Below are positions 18,271 through 34,410 of a stretch of 64,000 nucleotides of DNA, one piece after another (the first letter of the stretch is position 1; the number at the start of each line of letters is the position of its first letter). The translations under genes and the position numbers were made by a program. The stretch is from NCBI RefSeq assembly GCF_009914755.1, contig NC_060940.1; one strand, 5' to 3'. The notes below the pieces were generated by a model. That model was given only the letters and a program-made list of their open reading frames with translations. It had not been told where the DNA came from and searched no databases. Source of the DNA: the human T2T-CHM13v2.0 reference genome, Homo sapiens.

Positions 18271-18379
18271 TCACCGTCCTCACCTCTCTACTAGTGGAGC
18301 AACTGACATCCATTCCATCACAGCCTCCAACAAATGGCACAACTACCTCCTGAATAAACGTTTGGAGGGAAGGTAGGGA

Positions 18380-18800
18380 TGAACTTGGGCTCCAGAGCCA
18401 GGCAGAGAAGTGTTTCCATCTCAAGTTCCATAGCTCCCCATGTCTGTGACTTTGGGGAAATTACCAAGTATGACTCTTTGTTTTCCGATCTGCAAAATGG
18501 GATGACAGTGTTCTCTGTCTCACGGGGTTAATGTTAGCATGGCTGAGACAGCATCTGTACAGAGGCTGGCATGGAGCAATCCCTCAACATGACCACCCAG
18601 CACTTGCTGGGAGCCAGGCACCATGCCAAGGGCGGTACATGAATTAACCCATAAAATCCCACAACCCCAAGGCAGGCAGGCCCCTGTAAGCTCCATTTCA
18701 CAGATGCGGAAGCTAAGGCACTTGCTCAAAGTGATGGCGCTATGTAGTGGCAGAGCTAGGATGTCAGTGAGCCCAGGCTGCCAGCCTGCAGTGGATGCAC
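18380..18800. mobile_element. Two MIR fragments in opposite orientation
   Basis: MIR core motifs tctgcaaaatgggatgacag and ccatttcacagatgcggaagctaaggca. Confidence 0.6.
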
Positions 18801-19408
18801 TTGGCCAGTAGGGGAGTTATTCTGAACAGTACCACCAGCACCTAGCACAGGGGAGAGGCATTACAAACATCAGTGGCATTCAAGGTGGCGGGCCCCCCCT
18901 TATTGTGAGATAAGCCCCAAAGCTGCCCTCTGGTCACGATGGCTTGACTCCTAGAGACTCGTGCGAAGGCGCCCCCCTGCTCTGGTTCTCAGCATGAGGC
19001 TCAGTTGTTGGCCATGGAGGCTGAGGGCGATGCCAGAGGACTATGAGCTGTTCTGTGCAACAGAACAATAGGCATCATCAGCCCCAGGACCCACAAGGCA
19101 CCCATGACCCAGAGTGGGTGCTGTGGGTGGGCCACAGCTGAAACTGGGCCCAGCGTGAGGCGGCTGTGCTTCCAGGCCTGGAGTGACTCTCCGGATATTT
19201 TGGCCATGGGATCTGCGGCTCTGCCTGCCCCACAGGGCATAGCTGATTTCTCTGCTGTGAATCCCAACTGCTCTGACTCTCTTCTGTATCCGCCCGGCAA
19301 ATAAGCCCTGTTTTATTTACCCAAGCTGTGTCTGGCTCTGCTCTTTCACAACATGCCAATCACAGACACATTTTCCTTTCCCCATGCCATCACATATATA
19401 CATATATA

Positions 19409-19693
19409 TTTTTCTTTTGAGACAAAGTCTCGCTTTGTCGTCCAGCCTGGAGTGTAGCAGCACAATCACTGCAGCCTCGAACTCCAGGGCTCACACGGTC
19501 CTCCCACCTCACCTCCGAGTAGCTGGGACTACAGACATACACCACCATGCTCGGATCTTTTTTTTATTTGTTGTAGAGACGGGATCTTGCTATGTCACCT
19601 AGGCTGGTCTAGAACTTCTGGCCTCAAGTGACATTCTTACCCTGGCCTCCCAAAGTAGAGGGTTATAGTCATGGGTCACCGAGCTAAGCCTGG
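19409..19693 (-). mobile_element. Alu (J-type)
   Basis: Diverged reverse Alu. Confidence 0.9.
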
Positions 19694-20948
19694 TGCACAT
19701 CTTTCCTTTGGAAAACCTTGTGCTGGAGAGGCAGCCCAGCACTGTGGTAGGGAAGCCAGACTCTCTGCCACAGAGCTGGCTGTGAGCCCTGCTGCTGTGT
19801 CGGGTGGGCCTGGACAAGGTGGCTGACCTCCCTCAGCCTCAAGTGTCTTGCCTGAAAACTAGGGCTGGTGACAGTGTTTAGCCTTGTGGGGAGAACGGTA
19901 AGAGATTAGGCAGGTAAACGACGGAACAGTGTAGTGTGTGCCTTGTGATTCCAAGGGACCATCTGGAAGGAGTTCCACCAGCCCTGTGTGCCTTTCCCAC
20001 AGTTCTAGAGTTTTACCAGGCTCAGAATTTCAGTTTTTATTATTAAAATCCCTCTGGCTCCTATTTGCCTTTTTGAAGGTGCCTGTTCCAGACTACAAGT
20101 CAGCTAAAGCCAAAAGCCACAGGGGCAGAGCAAGACCCGAATAAGCGCACGTCATCCAGGGTGAGCGAGGCCTACTGCCCCATTTAAGCTGCCACCTCAG
20201 TGACCAGCAATTCCCCTGGGAGGAACTGGGGACTTGGCTAATGGCAACCCCTGGTCCCTGGACACAGGGCTTTCTTCCCAGGAACAAAAGGCAGGTGAGA
20301 TACAACCAGCACCCGCTCACAGGCACGAGGAGTTTCAGGCATTTTAAAGACATGGCATGCTAATATTAGCAGTCCAACACAAAGGAATCACATAGATCTT
20401 TTGTGTCCAGGATCCAAGATGGACTTCATTCAGACATTCTGAAGACCCAGAAGAGAAAAAGAGAAGGAGTGACTCCTTAAGGAGCACCTAGTATGAGCCA
20501 GCCATTGTGTTCGGTGTTTTCGGAAGTGATTTTACTTACTCATCACGTGGCTTCTGCAAGTTATTATTGCCATTTTAAGAAAAAGAAAACTGACACTCAG
20601 AGTGGTCATGTGATCTAACCGATGCCTTCCACACTAGGCCACCTGGCTAGGCTAGAATTTCAAATTTCCATCAGAAGCACGATTCATAGTAAAGGAAAAA
20701 CCAGAGTAGCTGTGAGGCGGAACCAAGAGTCTGTGTTTCTCCCATTCCCAGTGAAAAATCCATCTGGCTTCCTGGCAAAATGGCGCTCTCAACTGTGATC
20801 AACCCAGGAAAGAAAAGCAAGTTGGGAACAAACGAACCCCACGGCAGCTTTCCTCTTTAAGGGTCACAAGCAATGGGAAAGTCCTACTGGTAAGCCAGGC
20901 AGACGTCATGTAAATTCAGTGTTACCTCCCCACCACCCCCGCCCAAGA

Positions 20949-20968
20949 CACACACACACACACACACA
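20949..20968. repeat. (CA)10 microsatellite
   Basis: Direct reading. Confidence 0.95.
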
Positions 20969-21049
20969 TGCCTGGCCAGAGGCTGAAAGCACAGAATTCA
21001 GGGAACACTGAATGACGGAGGTGGGGTTGCTGCAGCACACACCCCAGGG

Positions 21050-21710
21050 CAATGGTGGTACAGGTTATATTATGGGCTCTGGAGTCAGTCTGTCTGGTGT
21101 TAGCTTGCCTCCAGCAGCCTTTGCTGGTTGTATAACTTGGCTATGTAATATGGCCTCTAGGCCTGTTTCCTCAGCTATAAAATAGGGACAATAATAGTAT
21201 CTTCCTCATAGAGTCCTTAGGACAGCGCCTGGCATGGAGGTAGTGCTCTGTAGATGTTTGCTACTGCTTTTACAACTCTGATCGTTACTACAACCTTGGA
21301 AACACACAGCTTTGGAGGATCAAGTGTCATACCCAGTCACCTGGGCTGAAAATATCAGAGAGTGCTTGGGGCCTTTAATTCGATTTGATTCCACAACCAT
21401 TTCTTCTGTGCTGGGCCCAGAACATGTACAGATGAAAGAGACAGGCTTCCTGCCCCTACAAAAGGTTGTGTGTGTGAGAGAGGCCGTCGGGCAGCATAGG
21501 AAGGACAATGTGCTCAGGCTTCACATGCCTGGGTTTGAATTCTGGCTCAGCCATGGGGAAGCTCCTTACCTCTCTGAGCCTCAAGTTCTTCATGGGTAAA
21601 ATGAGGGTAATTCTAACAGCATGCCTAGAATAAGCTGGTAGTAAGGACTAAATTAATGAATGCATTCAAGGGCCCTAGCGTAACACTTGAGGCAAATTAG
21701 GCACTCAACG
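21050..21710 (+). mobile_element. MIR fragments (about 21050-21270 and 21510-21710)
   Basis: Cores tttcctcagctataaaatagggacaataatagta and cctctctgagcctcaagttcttcatgggtaaaatgagg. Confidence 0.65.
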
Positions 21711-22583
21711 CATGCTCTCTGGTTGGCTGACTACTAGCAGACTAGCAGGGCCAGCCAGCCATGCTGGGAAATGTGCTATAACACCCTCAGGACCCCGCTT
21801 TAAGCACGCACAGAGTTTGGAAATGAGAAAGAGACAGGATGGGGCTAGGCAGGGGACAGCAGAGAGAGGAGGTGGCATTTGGGTGGGACAGTAAAGGATA
21901 CTAAGAATTGTCTGATAAGGCAGAAGAAGACAGGTGTTCCAGGCAAAAGGAAGGGTATGAGCAAAGGCACTGAGGTGGAAAAGAAGGGGCCTACTGGGGA
22001 AGGGGAGGGGAGAGGGCAGGAATGAAGGTGAGGATACGGAGAAAGGTAGCTGTGGAAGGTTTCTATGCCAACCATAGCATATTTTCTTGTTTATTTTGTA
22101 GGCATGATGTTTGGGACTGAGTGGAAGCTATTTCTGCAGTGGACATGGAAGCTGGCTTGGAGGGAGGGAGGCCTGGAAGGGAGTCCAGATCTGCAGACCC
22201 TCAGGCCCCAGGGAGCTGTCCTAGGCTGGTTTTACCTTTAGCCAGTGTCCCAGCCAGGCTCAGGCCCCAAGCACTCACCTACCCAACTTCCACTTCCTCC
22301 TGAGTTCAGCCCAGTCTCACATGGGAGGCAGCAGAGTAAGTAACCGATCCTCTATTCAAATCCCTGCACCAGCACTGCCCAGCTCTGTGACCTTGGGCAA
22401 GGGACTTGTGCCTCTGTTTTCTCATCAGTGAAATAAAGAAAAAGAAAGAGGGCAAGAGAAAAGAGAAAAGCAAACAAAAGAAAAAAGAGAGAGAGACAGA
22501 AGGAAAGAAAGGAAAGAGAGAGAAAGAAAGAAAATACTACTGACAGGATTGCATGCTTAGAAGGACTAGAATGAAAGAAACAA

Positions 22584-23281
<698 letters not shown>

Positions 23282-23480
23282 TAGTGCCTCTAGACAAGCC
23301 CACAGGGTCTTAGGTTTTTCTCACTAATTGTACAAGGAAACAAGGGTACTGACAATAGTACATGTGGGGGTTTACAAGGGTTTAGAAAATTATATAAACG
23401 CTCTTGGTATACAGCTTCAGAGTCAATCACCTCCTTAAACCCTTGGGCTGAGTTAGTAGCTGACTTGAGGTCCCCAATGC

Positions 23481-23777
23481 TTTTTTTGTTGTTGTTGAGA
23501 TGGAGTTTTGCTCTGTCGCCCAGGCTGGAGAACAGAGGTGTGATCTCAGCTCACTGCAACCTCCGCCTCCCAGTTCAAGCGATTCTCCTGCCTCAGCCTC
23601 CCAAGTAGCTGGGATTACAGGCACCTGCCACCATGCCCAACTAATTTTTGTATTTTTAGCAGAGATGGGGTTTCACCATGTTGGCCAGGCTGATCTTGAA
23701 CTCCTGACCTCAAGTGATCCACCCACCTGGGCCTGCCAAAGTGTTGGGATTAGAGGCCTAAGCCACAGCGCCCAGCC
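23481..23777 (-). mobile_element. Alu (S-type)
   Basis: TSD tccccaatgct on both sides. Confidence 0.95.
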
Positions 23778-24855
23778 TCCCCAATGCTCTTAAAGCGCGA
23801 TCAATAGATGGGAAGGGCTGGTGTCAACTGTGCAGTGCTAACAGCAGCAGCGAACCTCTCTTGAGGGCTCTGAGCCAGGAGCTATTTAAGGAGGCCACAT
23901 CCGTCACTGAGAAACATCCAGTCCCTGCACTGGCCCCATGGATACCTCCGCTGCCAGGCCCTCACCCTGTACGGTCATTTCCTGTGCTCACAAGTTCTGG
24001 CACTTGCCTTCGACTCTTCCTAGCGCAGGGAGCATTCCCTTCTCAGCCTGTAAAGGCATCAGCTAGCTACACCTTAGAGAGGTCTTGCGAGAAAATCTTA
24101 GGGCCTCTCCCTCAGCGTGTGGCCAGTCACCCACCCTGTTCCAGCCTGCTTCTCTTCCCCAGTCCTCACGCTCCTCCTACCTGTCCCCAGTGTGCTCTTC
24201 TGAGAAACACAACACATTTCCCCGCTGAGGGAGGCCAAAGGCTCCTGCTGTCTGCAGGACTGAGTGGCTGGTCCTTCCTGGGGGAGATCAGCGGGGAAGA
24301 GGCCAGTTCCTGGCAAAGGGCGCTCCCCAGGTGTCTGGGTCCCCTCGAGAGAGCTGCCTAGGACTCAGCAGAAGTTACTCAGCCCACAAATTCACACCTT
24401 TGGGGCTCTTACCCCTGTTTTAAGTTCTGGCTTTCAACAGAGCTTCTGCCATATTAACATGTCTTTCTTTTATTTCTCTTATTCATTTTTTAAGCTAGTA
24501 TTCTTTAATCACTTTTTAACTATTTTAACCATTTTCCCTCCAGCATAATCAATTTTCTAGGCTTTTAAAATTTCTGAAAATCTTTTTCTGCTTTTTTTCT
24601 GTTCATGTTCACCTTTTATCCTTTTTGTTTTTCTAATCTTGATTCTTTTTAATTCCAGTTTTTTGGTTTCAAAGCTCCTTTAAACCTTTGTATTTATTTG
24701 TTGCATTTTAATCATTCTTCATATGGTTCATTTCTTTTCTCTTAGCTTGTATACATCAATCCTACTTTAACTTTTCAACTGTTCCTGTTGGCCATTTTAA
24801 CTATCATAATTTAATTTGCTATACCTTGCTAGGTTTCTTGGATATTATTTACTTT

Positions 24856-25718
24856 TTAAAATTTTAATAGCTTTATTGAGATATAATTTGCATATCACAT
24901 GATTCATCAATTTATCTGTACAAGTCAATGGTTTCTTACTACATTCACAGGCCTCTGCATCCATCACCAATCAATTCTAGAACATTCTCATCACCTCAAA
25001 CCCTTTCTCACTCCTGTCTCCCTGCACCCCTCCCCTAAGCACTCACTAATCTACTTCCAGATTCCCCCATTATGGACTTTCCTATAAATGGAACCATACA
25101 GTCATGGCCTTTCATGACTGACCACGCCTTCCCCATCAAATGGTCTTGGCACCTTTGCCGAGAATCATTTGACCATAGATGTGTGATTTATTTCTGGACT
25201 CTCAGTTCTATTCGGTTATCTGTCTACCCTTGTGCCAGTATCACACTGTCTCCATTACTACTGCTTTGCAGTAAGTTTAAAAAGCAGGAAGTGTGAGTTC
25301 TCCTACTTTGTTCTTCTTTTTCGGGATTGTTTTAGCTCTCTGGGTCCCTTTGCATTCCCTGTGAATTTTAGCATCAGCCTGTTAATTTCTGTGGAGGAGT
25401 CAGTCAGGATTCTCACACGGACTGTGTGGAATCAGTAGATTCGTCTGGGGAGTATCACCTTCTTAATACTGTGAAGTCTTTGGATCCAGGAACCTGGGAT
25501 GTTTTCCATTTACATAAATCTTAACTTTCAGCAACATTTTGTAGTTTTCACAGCGTATATGTTTTGTACTTCTTTTGTTAAATATATTTCTAAGTTATTG
25601 TGAACAAAATTGTTTTCTTAATTTCATTTTCAGATTGTGCACGGTGGGTCTACAGAAACACAATGGACTTCTGTATACCGATCTTCTGTCCTGAAATCTT
25701 ACTGAACTTTTTTTTTTA
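24856..25718 (-). mobile_element. L1M fragments (3' UTR plus ORF2 C-terminal pieces)
   Basis: agctttattgagatataatt 3' end; antisense ORF2-like tttatttctggactctc...gtgccagtatcacactgtc...actgctttgcagtaagttt. Confidence 0.8.
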
Positions 25719-27608
25719 GAGTCACAGGGGCAACAGCTCTGAGGAGAGTCGATCTCATTCACAGCTACTTCACCCCACAGCCCTTTCAATGCTGAACTTG
25801 TGACAACCTGAAAAACCTAGCCAGTTGACCACCTCAGTCATTAGCCCCAGGGAGCACAATTTCTGTGAGTTGTTTCCAACTGTGATCATTTTCCGACAGA
25901 CTGCTGAGTTAACTTCTACTTCTCTCCCTTTCTCTTCTCAGCACAATTTAATAAACACAGGATGACTGGTAAACACTTGAAGAAAATAATCCAAATTTGC
26001 AAAACAGATCAGTTCAGGGGGGCTGTTTACATTACCAAAGTTTTTTTGCTTTTTGCAAAACAGATCACTGAAGCCTTCTGTGCAGTGAAATATGCATTTG
26101 AAATAAGCCTAAATCCAAATTCGTTAAGGAGTTTTAAAAATAATTCATATACTAGATCCAGGTATATCTGTAAATTTAAATGAAATAATACATCATCTTT
26201 ATTTATTATTTGAGCTTTGTCTCCTCCATAATGCCTTAGAGGGAAGGTTTTATGTTAATTTTGCAAACTGGAAAGACAAAGCTCAAGGCAAAAAAACCCT
26301 GAAAACTGCCTTCATCCCTTGCCTCCTGCGCACGGAAAGTAACTGAAGCGGCACTTAATTAAATTAAATTAAATTTGCTCAGCATCTGCTTAGCACCTAC
26401 TCTGTTCCAAGCAGACACTGTACAGCCTTTAAAAAGGACATAAAGCATGTAAAGCGTGTGGTCACCACCCTGAAGGAAGTCATGAGCTAGCTAGAAAGAA
26501 CTTACACAGATGAGTAACTGGGCTACGGCGTGCCATGGAAGTGAGGGAAGGACTCACCATGAGCCCAGGTTTCCAGCCGCAGCAGCAGAGAGGTGGGCAA
26601 CAGTATGGGCAAAGACATCATCCCTCCAGCAATCAGAATGGCTCCTTGTGCATGCATGTGACAATCTAAACATCCTGACCGTCATCATCTTGGTGCCTGC
26701 TGCCTTAATCCAGCACAAGGAGCCAAAACCACCACTGTCTGTGCTGTAAGTCATGCTAATCTTTCTTCTGGAAAGTCCTCTTGTCCCAGCTCCAGGCCTC
26801 AAGATGATGGAAACCACTCACTGGGCAATGGGTCCTACGCATGAACTTACTTTCAAGGGTCAGGCAAATGACATACCAGCATGAAGCAGGCCGCAGGCTA
26901 TACAGTGGGAAGCGGGTGTCTGTGGTGAAAGGGGAAGGTGAGCCCCTCCGAAATGGGGCAGCTCCCTCTGCCTAGCCAACTGCTAATAAAGGAATAAAGT
27001 TCAATGTTTCCTAATTGTATTTTTATAGGGAAGGTGACAGTCAAGACTTTTTAGGTGAAACTTTCTGATTTTTAAATGCCGGCAACAAATTCAATACAAA
27101 CAAACACTGTGAGCCAAATAAAACACACGGCTAGATTGGGCCTGTGTGTTATCAGCCTGTGGCCCTGCTCTATGTCTACTGTCACCTGTAAGTCTCACAA
27201 TACCCTGGAAAGTGGGTACTATTACCCCCTAGATAATTCAGATGAGGAAACTGAGGTATACAGAGGTCAAATCACTTGCTGAAGGTCACCTTACCAGACA
27301 GTGATGGAACAAGAATTCTAACCCAGGGCTGTCTTACTCCCAAGTCCATTCAGGTGTGAGGTGTTAGTTTCAAGTTAGTTTGGTTAGTTTAAATTTCCAG
27401 GGACCTTAGGCTAGGGAGAAGCCTTTCTCTACAGTTGCCTGTCTAGCAAAAAAGGTTCTTTAAGGAACTAAGGTTCCTCCTTAGTTTCTCTTTACTTTAA
27501 ATATAAATTACTTCTGTCTTTTCCTTAACACCTTTCTTCCAACAGGACAGAAAATAAAAATGATTAACAGCTCCACAGGCCATGAGTATTTAGGTATTCA
27601 GGCCATTA

Positions 27609-27965
<357 letters not shown>

Positions 27966-28559
27966 TCAAATACTGAGGAATCACCTAACAGTTAAGTCCC
28001 CAGGACACCTCTCAGTTCCGTGAGCCTTTTTTCTTCCTTGCCACAGGACCCAACAATCTTTTCTATTTTCCTCTCTACTTAAAGGCTGATGCTACCACAC
28101 TTTTCCTCAAGGAGTTCCAGTCATTCAACCAATCACACATTTACTCAGCACTGAGAATGTGTTAAACACTAGGAACTCAAAGATGAGGTTTTGCTCTAGG
28201 AAGGTTTCCTAACCTCCCAGCTGTTCCTTCTTTGTTTATATACCTGTGGTATTGTAATTATCTGTGTGATACCATCTCCTCCACAAGACTTTTCTCAGAC
28301 ACAGGGAAGCCAGACAGGTGGCCAGTGCTTCCATTAACTAAGCTAGGAAATAAAGGAAGAGACAAGCTTCCCTAGATGGGCAGTTCACAGTCTCTTGACA
28401 AATACGCCTGCCTACCTTCTGCAGGGCACTGAGCCCCGCCCTGGGGGTGCTGTGGGTCTGTCCTCATTCAGCACACACTCTCCTGAGGAGTGTGAATGAA
28501 GTCGGTCTCCACAGGCAACTTGCTATGCCCACAAAGTCAAGCACACAGGCTATAAGCAA

Positions 28560-29604
28560 TCTTTTCTTGTACACCTTTTGGGTTTCCTTGGAATTAATAA
28601 CTGCACTTTTTGCCATTTGCTTGGTTTTCTATGAGCATGTCACTAACTCTAAGGATTCTTTATTTTTCAGTTTCTTCTGCTCCCTACTTTATTTCAGTAT
28701 CCTATGTTTGTTTTTCTTATGAGTTTTCCTGAAATATTCAGGGAGGCATTAAAATGCTGCCCAAAGCCCTGTGTTTTGGAAGTGGAGAGGAGGAAGGGAG
28801 AAGTTACCATCAGGTGGGCTTCCATGAACAGGGAGCTTGCAGGGGCTATTTTGTTGGGAAAACCCCCAAATTTCAGTATCTGGAGGATTTTTCTCATGGA
28901 CTGGTCAGTTTCTTCAGAAAAAGAAGTCTCCAGCCTCTGGCCTAGGAAACCGTAAGTCTGGCTGTCAGTGTTGGAAGAGCCAAATGGTTCTAGGAGCCCA
29001 CGTTCCCCTTTGGGAAGCTACTGGAGGATGCACATCAAACGACAGACTAAAACAAGAGACGGCCAAGCTGGGAGCAGCAGCTGGGAAACTCTCACCTAGC
29101 AAGACTGTCACAGAGCCCTCATTTTTGGCACAGTGCCCAGTCTCCAGCTTGGTCTCCTATCTCTGAGCCTAGAAACCCTCCAGCATGCTCTGTAGAGACA
29201 ATGCCAGACTTCTGTCTCTGCGGGGAAGGGCCTCTTACAGGATTGCAACTTCTCACACAGACCATTAACCAATTCTCTTGTTTCTAGCCCTATCCATACT
29301 TACGCTTTCAAAGGCACCCAGTATCCCCAAGTTTTAGTTGATTTCAAGTTCTGAGGTGTCAGTTTTTGGCTATCGCCCTTCACAGGCACTTAGCTTTCCC
29401 AGTCTGGTCAGTCAGTCGCCATTTGCCCATCTACCTTTGAGCACCCAAATGTCATCACCAGCTCTCCCTTTTGTCATTTCCTGTCCTGTATTCTTTGTAG
29501 TTGAGGGTTTACTCCTCTTATATCCCTTTTCATCACTATGGTGAAGTTTGGGTGGAGTGCATATAAATGCATATATTCCAACTATCACCTTTTACTGAGA
29601 ACTC
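28560..29604 (-). mobile_element. Ancient HAL1/L1M-like 5' fragment
   Basis: End aaatgcatatattccaactatcaccttttactgagaactc resembles recalled HAL1/L1ME 5' termini; highly degenerate. Confidence 0.45.
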
Positions 29605-29685
29605 TGACCTGCAGCTTTTAAAATGATTCTGGTTAATCAGGAGGAGTAAAAAGGATGGGACAAAAATCAAGAATAGATAAAAATA

Positions 29686-30243
<558 letters not shown>

Positions 30244-30467
30244 TAAGGAAGGTTTTTAAAGTTTCATAGTATGCTCCTTAAGTTAACTTTCTTAGAAGGC
30301 TCAGATCCTACCTCTGCTGAGTACTGATTGTTTAACCTTCTGTAAGTTACTCAGCATCTCTTCACTTTAATTTTCTTACATATAAAATGGTGACAATGCC
30401 ACCAACCTTACAGGGCTAGATAACGAGATCATGCAATACAGAGTAGGCACTTCACAAAGGCAGGCTA

Positions 30468-31058
<591 letters not shown>

Positions 31059-31185
31059 GGAGACTAGAGTGGCTTAATATAAGGAGGAAAAGATGAACTT
31101 GTTTATTTGGGCACCTGATAAAACTATGATTTTGGAGGACACCACAGAGATGTTTGCTGGAAGTTTGTTCAGCAAACATTTTCTA

Positions 31186-31497
<312 letters not shown>

Positions 31498-31922
31498 TTA
31501 AAGGCTACTATTAGACACAGCAAGATGTCTGAAATGACTAGAAAGTCATATAAATGAACACAAGTTCAGGACCTGAATTAATTGATTATCTTGAGGTACT
31601 AATGAGGAAAGCCTGCCAAGCTACCTTGTCAAGGGACCAAAACAAGGTCCAGAGCAGGATATAAACGATTCTACCTTTTGATTAGAGGGGGAAAGAGATT
31701 CGCTTCGCCAGATCCTGGAAGGGTGTGCAGGGGTGAGAATGAGGCAGGCAGGAGTGGAGGAGTGGAGACTGAAGACTTCATCTGATACCTTTTCATGTTG
31801 TTTTGATTTTTTAACCATGTAAGTGTATTACTAATACAAACACACACACACAGATACACACCCCTGTCCCCCATGGGCAGGAGAGAAAAAAAAGGGGAAA
31901 AAATAGGTTAAAAAATTTTACA

Positions 31923-32218
31923 GGCTGGGTGCAGTGGCTGACACCTGTAATCCCAGCACTTTGGGAGGCCGAGGCGGGCAGGTCACTTAAGGCCAGGAGT
32001 TTGGACCAGCCTGGCCAACATGGCGAAACCCCGTCACTACTAAAAATACAAACATTAGCTGGGTGCGGTGGCATATGCCTGTAATCCTAGCTACTCAGGA
32101 GGTTGAGGGTGAGAACTGCTTGAACTGGGAGGCAGAGGTTGTAATGGGCCGAGATTGCACCACTGCACTCCAGCCTGGGTGACAGAGTGAGACTCTGTTT
32201 CAAAAAAAAAAAAAAAAA
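31923..32218 (+). mobile_element. Alu (S-type)
   Basis: Full dimer with A tail. Confidence 0.95.
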
Positions 32219-32337
32219 TTGTGAAAATTTAAATGTGGTCTCTGAAGTTACAACAGAATGATAATGGGTATTTCCATCTCATCACTCCTATTTTTGCAAG
32301 GCTGAAAACCAAAATGATCCTAGGAACATCTCCCCTG

Positions 32338-32760
32338 CAGGGGTGACCAACAGCAGCCTCCAGTGCAGGCGGTGCTTTTAAAATTGATACAATGTTTTTC
32401 TTCAAGAAAGTAATTTACTTGCCAAAATTGAAAAGTGAGTGATTTCACATTAAAAAAGACCTAGATTCTGGCTTCTCTTCAAAGGCTAGGACTGCAGCTC
32501 CTCACAGCAACAGTGAACAGAAGCCTTGATCAGCTGCTCTTCAGCAGGGCCCACCCGGTTCCAGGGGGCCACAGCCTTTGCGCTCCCCAATCAGACCCTC
32601 CAACAATGAAACTGAACGTCAGTTGCCATTTATCACCATTTTTGTGCTGGTTTTCTCTAATGGTAGTTAAGAGGAAAGTTAATTTCTTAAACCTATCCTG
32701 TATCAAAAATTTATTTTATACATGGCCCATTTTGCTTGTGGGTATCACCCTCCTGGGCAC
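32338..32760. mobile_element. hAT-Charlie relic (MER103/MER113-like)
   Basis: gatttcacattaaaaaagacctagattctggcttctctt motif, resembling the element at 60505. Confidence 0.5.
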
Positions 32761-33279
32761 TGCTGCCATGTGATTTTGCAGCCCCTGGCAGGTTACCATG
32801 GCTCCCAGCAAGGGAGCGAATGGCAGGAGGCACTCGTGACTGAGAGCTGTTCACTGAATCTTACAGCTTTCCTCTTACATTCTGGGGGGAGAGACAGGGA
32901 GCAAATGTCTGTGGGCTGCCGCCGCCACATATGTGTGGTTACCTCCCAGGCTAACCAGCACTCCAGCCCTTGGGTGGCAGAACATATGGCTATCAAAACA
33001 ATACAGATGACTCACATATGGCTCATTCAAAGCCACTGGCTTGTACATGGCATTTATCGTTAATCTAGCCGTGCCCCCAGCATCATAAAAAGACCCCATG
33101 GAAACTCATCCATCAGATCCCAGCCCTTGACATATGGCACTAAGCCCTGGACCATCCTAAGAGGGGAAGGATGATGTAGTCTTGCCTTCTGAGGGGCTGC
33201 CATCAACGACGTGCACAATCTGGCCAGCAGAAAGAGAAAGAGGCAGTGAGTCTTCGTACCAAATCCCCCCAAAAGGCAG

Positions 33280-34410
33280 CATCCATATTCATGGCCTCAG
33301 CTTCATCTATAGGCTAATTTATTCACTGAATCCTGCTCAGCTCTCTGTGACCCCAATTTCCAGCTGTTGACTAGACATCACCAGGGGATAGTCATGGAAG
33401 ATCTTCATACCCAATATGTCTGAAACTGAGATTTGTCCTGTGCCTCCTCCTCACCCAAATCTGCTCCTCTTTCTGACCTATTTATTCAACTCCCATTCAG
33501 CAAATATTTACTGAGCCTCTACAGGGGGCCAGGCACTGTCTTCATCGTGGGGGCCCGCAGTGAGCAAGCAGACATGATCCCTGCGTCAGAAGCCTGCCTT
33601 TGCGCTGCCTCAGTGAGCAGCAGCCACTCCAGCGAAACTCACTGGCTTCATCTCGAGATCCTCCTTCTTCAGTCACCTCTACATCCCAGTGCAGGCACTC
33701 ACCACGTCCTGTTAGTTTCACCTCCAAAATGTTTCTCAAACAATTCCAGCCCTCATGACCACAACCTCGCCACCTTCTTCCCATCCCCTTCCCTCCACCA
33801 GCTCATATGCCTAGACTGCAACCTCCACCTCCCAGGCTCAAGCGATTCTCTGGTCTCAGTCTCCCGAGTAGCTGGACTGGTGCATACCACCACCCCTGGC
33901 TAATAACTTCTTCATTTCTACACGGCCAGCAGCAGTGCATAAGGCTAAAGTTTCAAGGCTAAAGTCCCCACTCCTCAGCCAGCACTCCAGTCCTTTCTGA
34001 TTGGGCCCCTACCTTCCTATCCAGCCACACAATGTGCCAGCTGCCCTCTGGATTACTGCCCACTTCTAAGCATGTTGCATGGCCTTCCACAACTCATGCC
34101 TTTGCACCAGCTCTTCTCCTTTCCCTCAAATGCCACTTCCCCTCTGTCTATGTGGGGAAAAGCCCAGCTCAACTGTGCTTTTGGCACAGCTCTTTGAGGC
34201 TTTCCCCAGTTCTCTAAAGAAAGCACCCCTTTCCCTCTACTGGCTCAGCTACATCCTTCCAGGTATGTGTTCACACGCCTGCCCTTCTGATTAGACAGCT
34301 CCACGACAGTGTGAGACCTGTCATCCTGGCTAACTTTCACCATCTTATTGTGGAACACAGTTCTAACTCAACATACACACTCCCTGAAGTATCTGTTCAA
34401 TGAATAAGTG
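33280..34410. mobile_element. L2 fragments with an Alu fragment (33815-33903, -)
   Basis: L2 3' motifs cattcagcaaatatttactgag and gttcaatgaataagtgaa. Confidence 0.55.

Noticed and set aside
18960-18985. CTCF-like GAGCAGGGGGGCGC
   Set aside because: An extra G breaks register with the CCASYAGRKGGCRS core; poor 5' match
23861-24361. 166-aa ORF in intron 6
   Set aside because: TTG start, low-information Pro/Ser/Leu composition, no homology recognised
26551-26750. Cryptic GTF3C1 exon ending at strong donor TG|GTGAGT (26557)
   Set aside because: No convincing polypyrimidine tract/acceptor upstream; isolated donors are common
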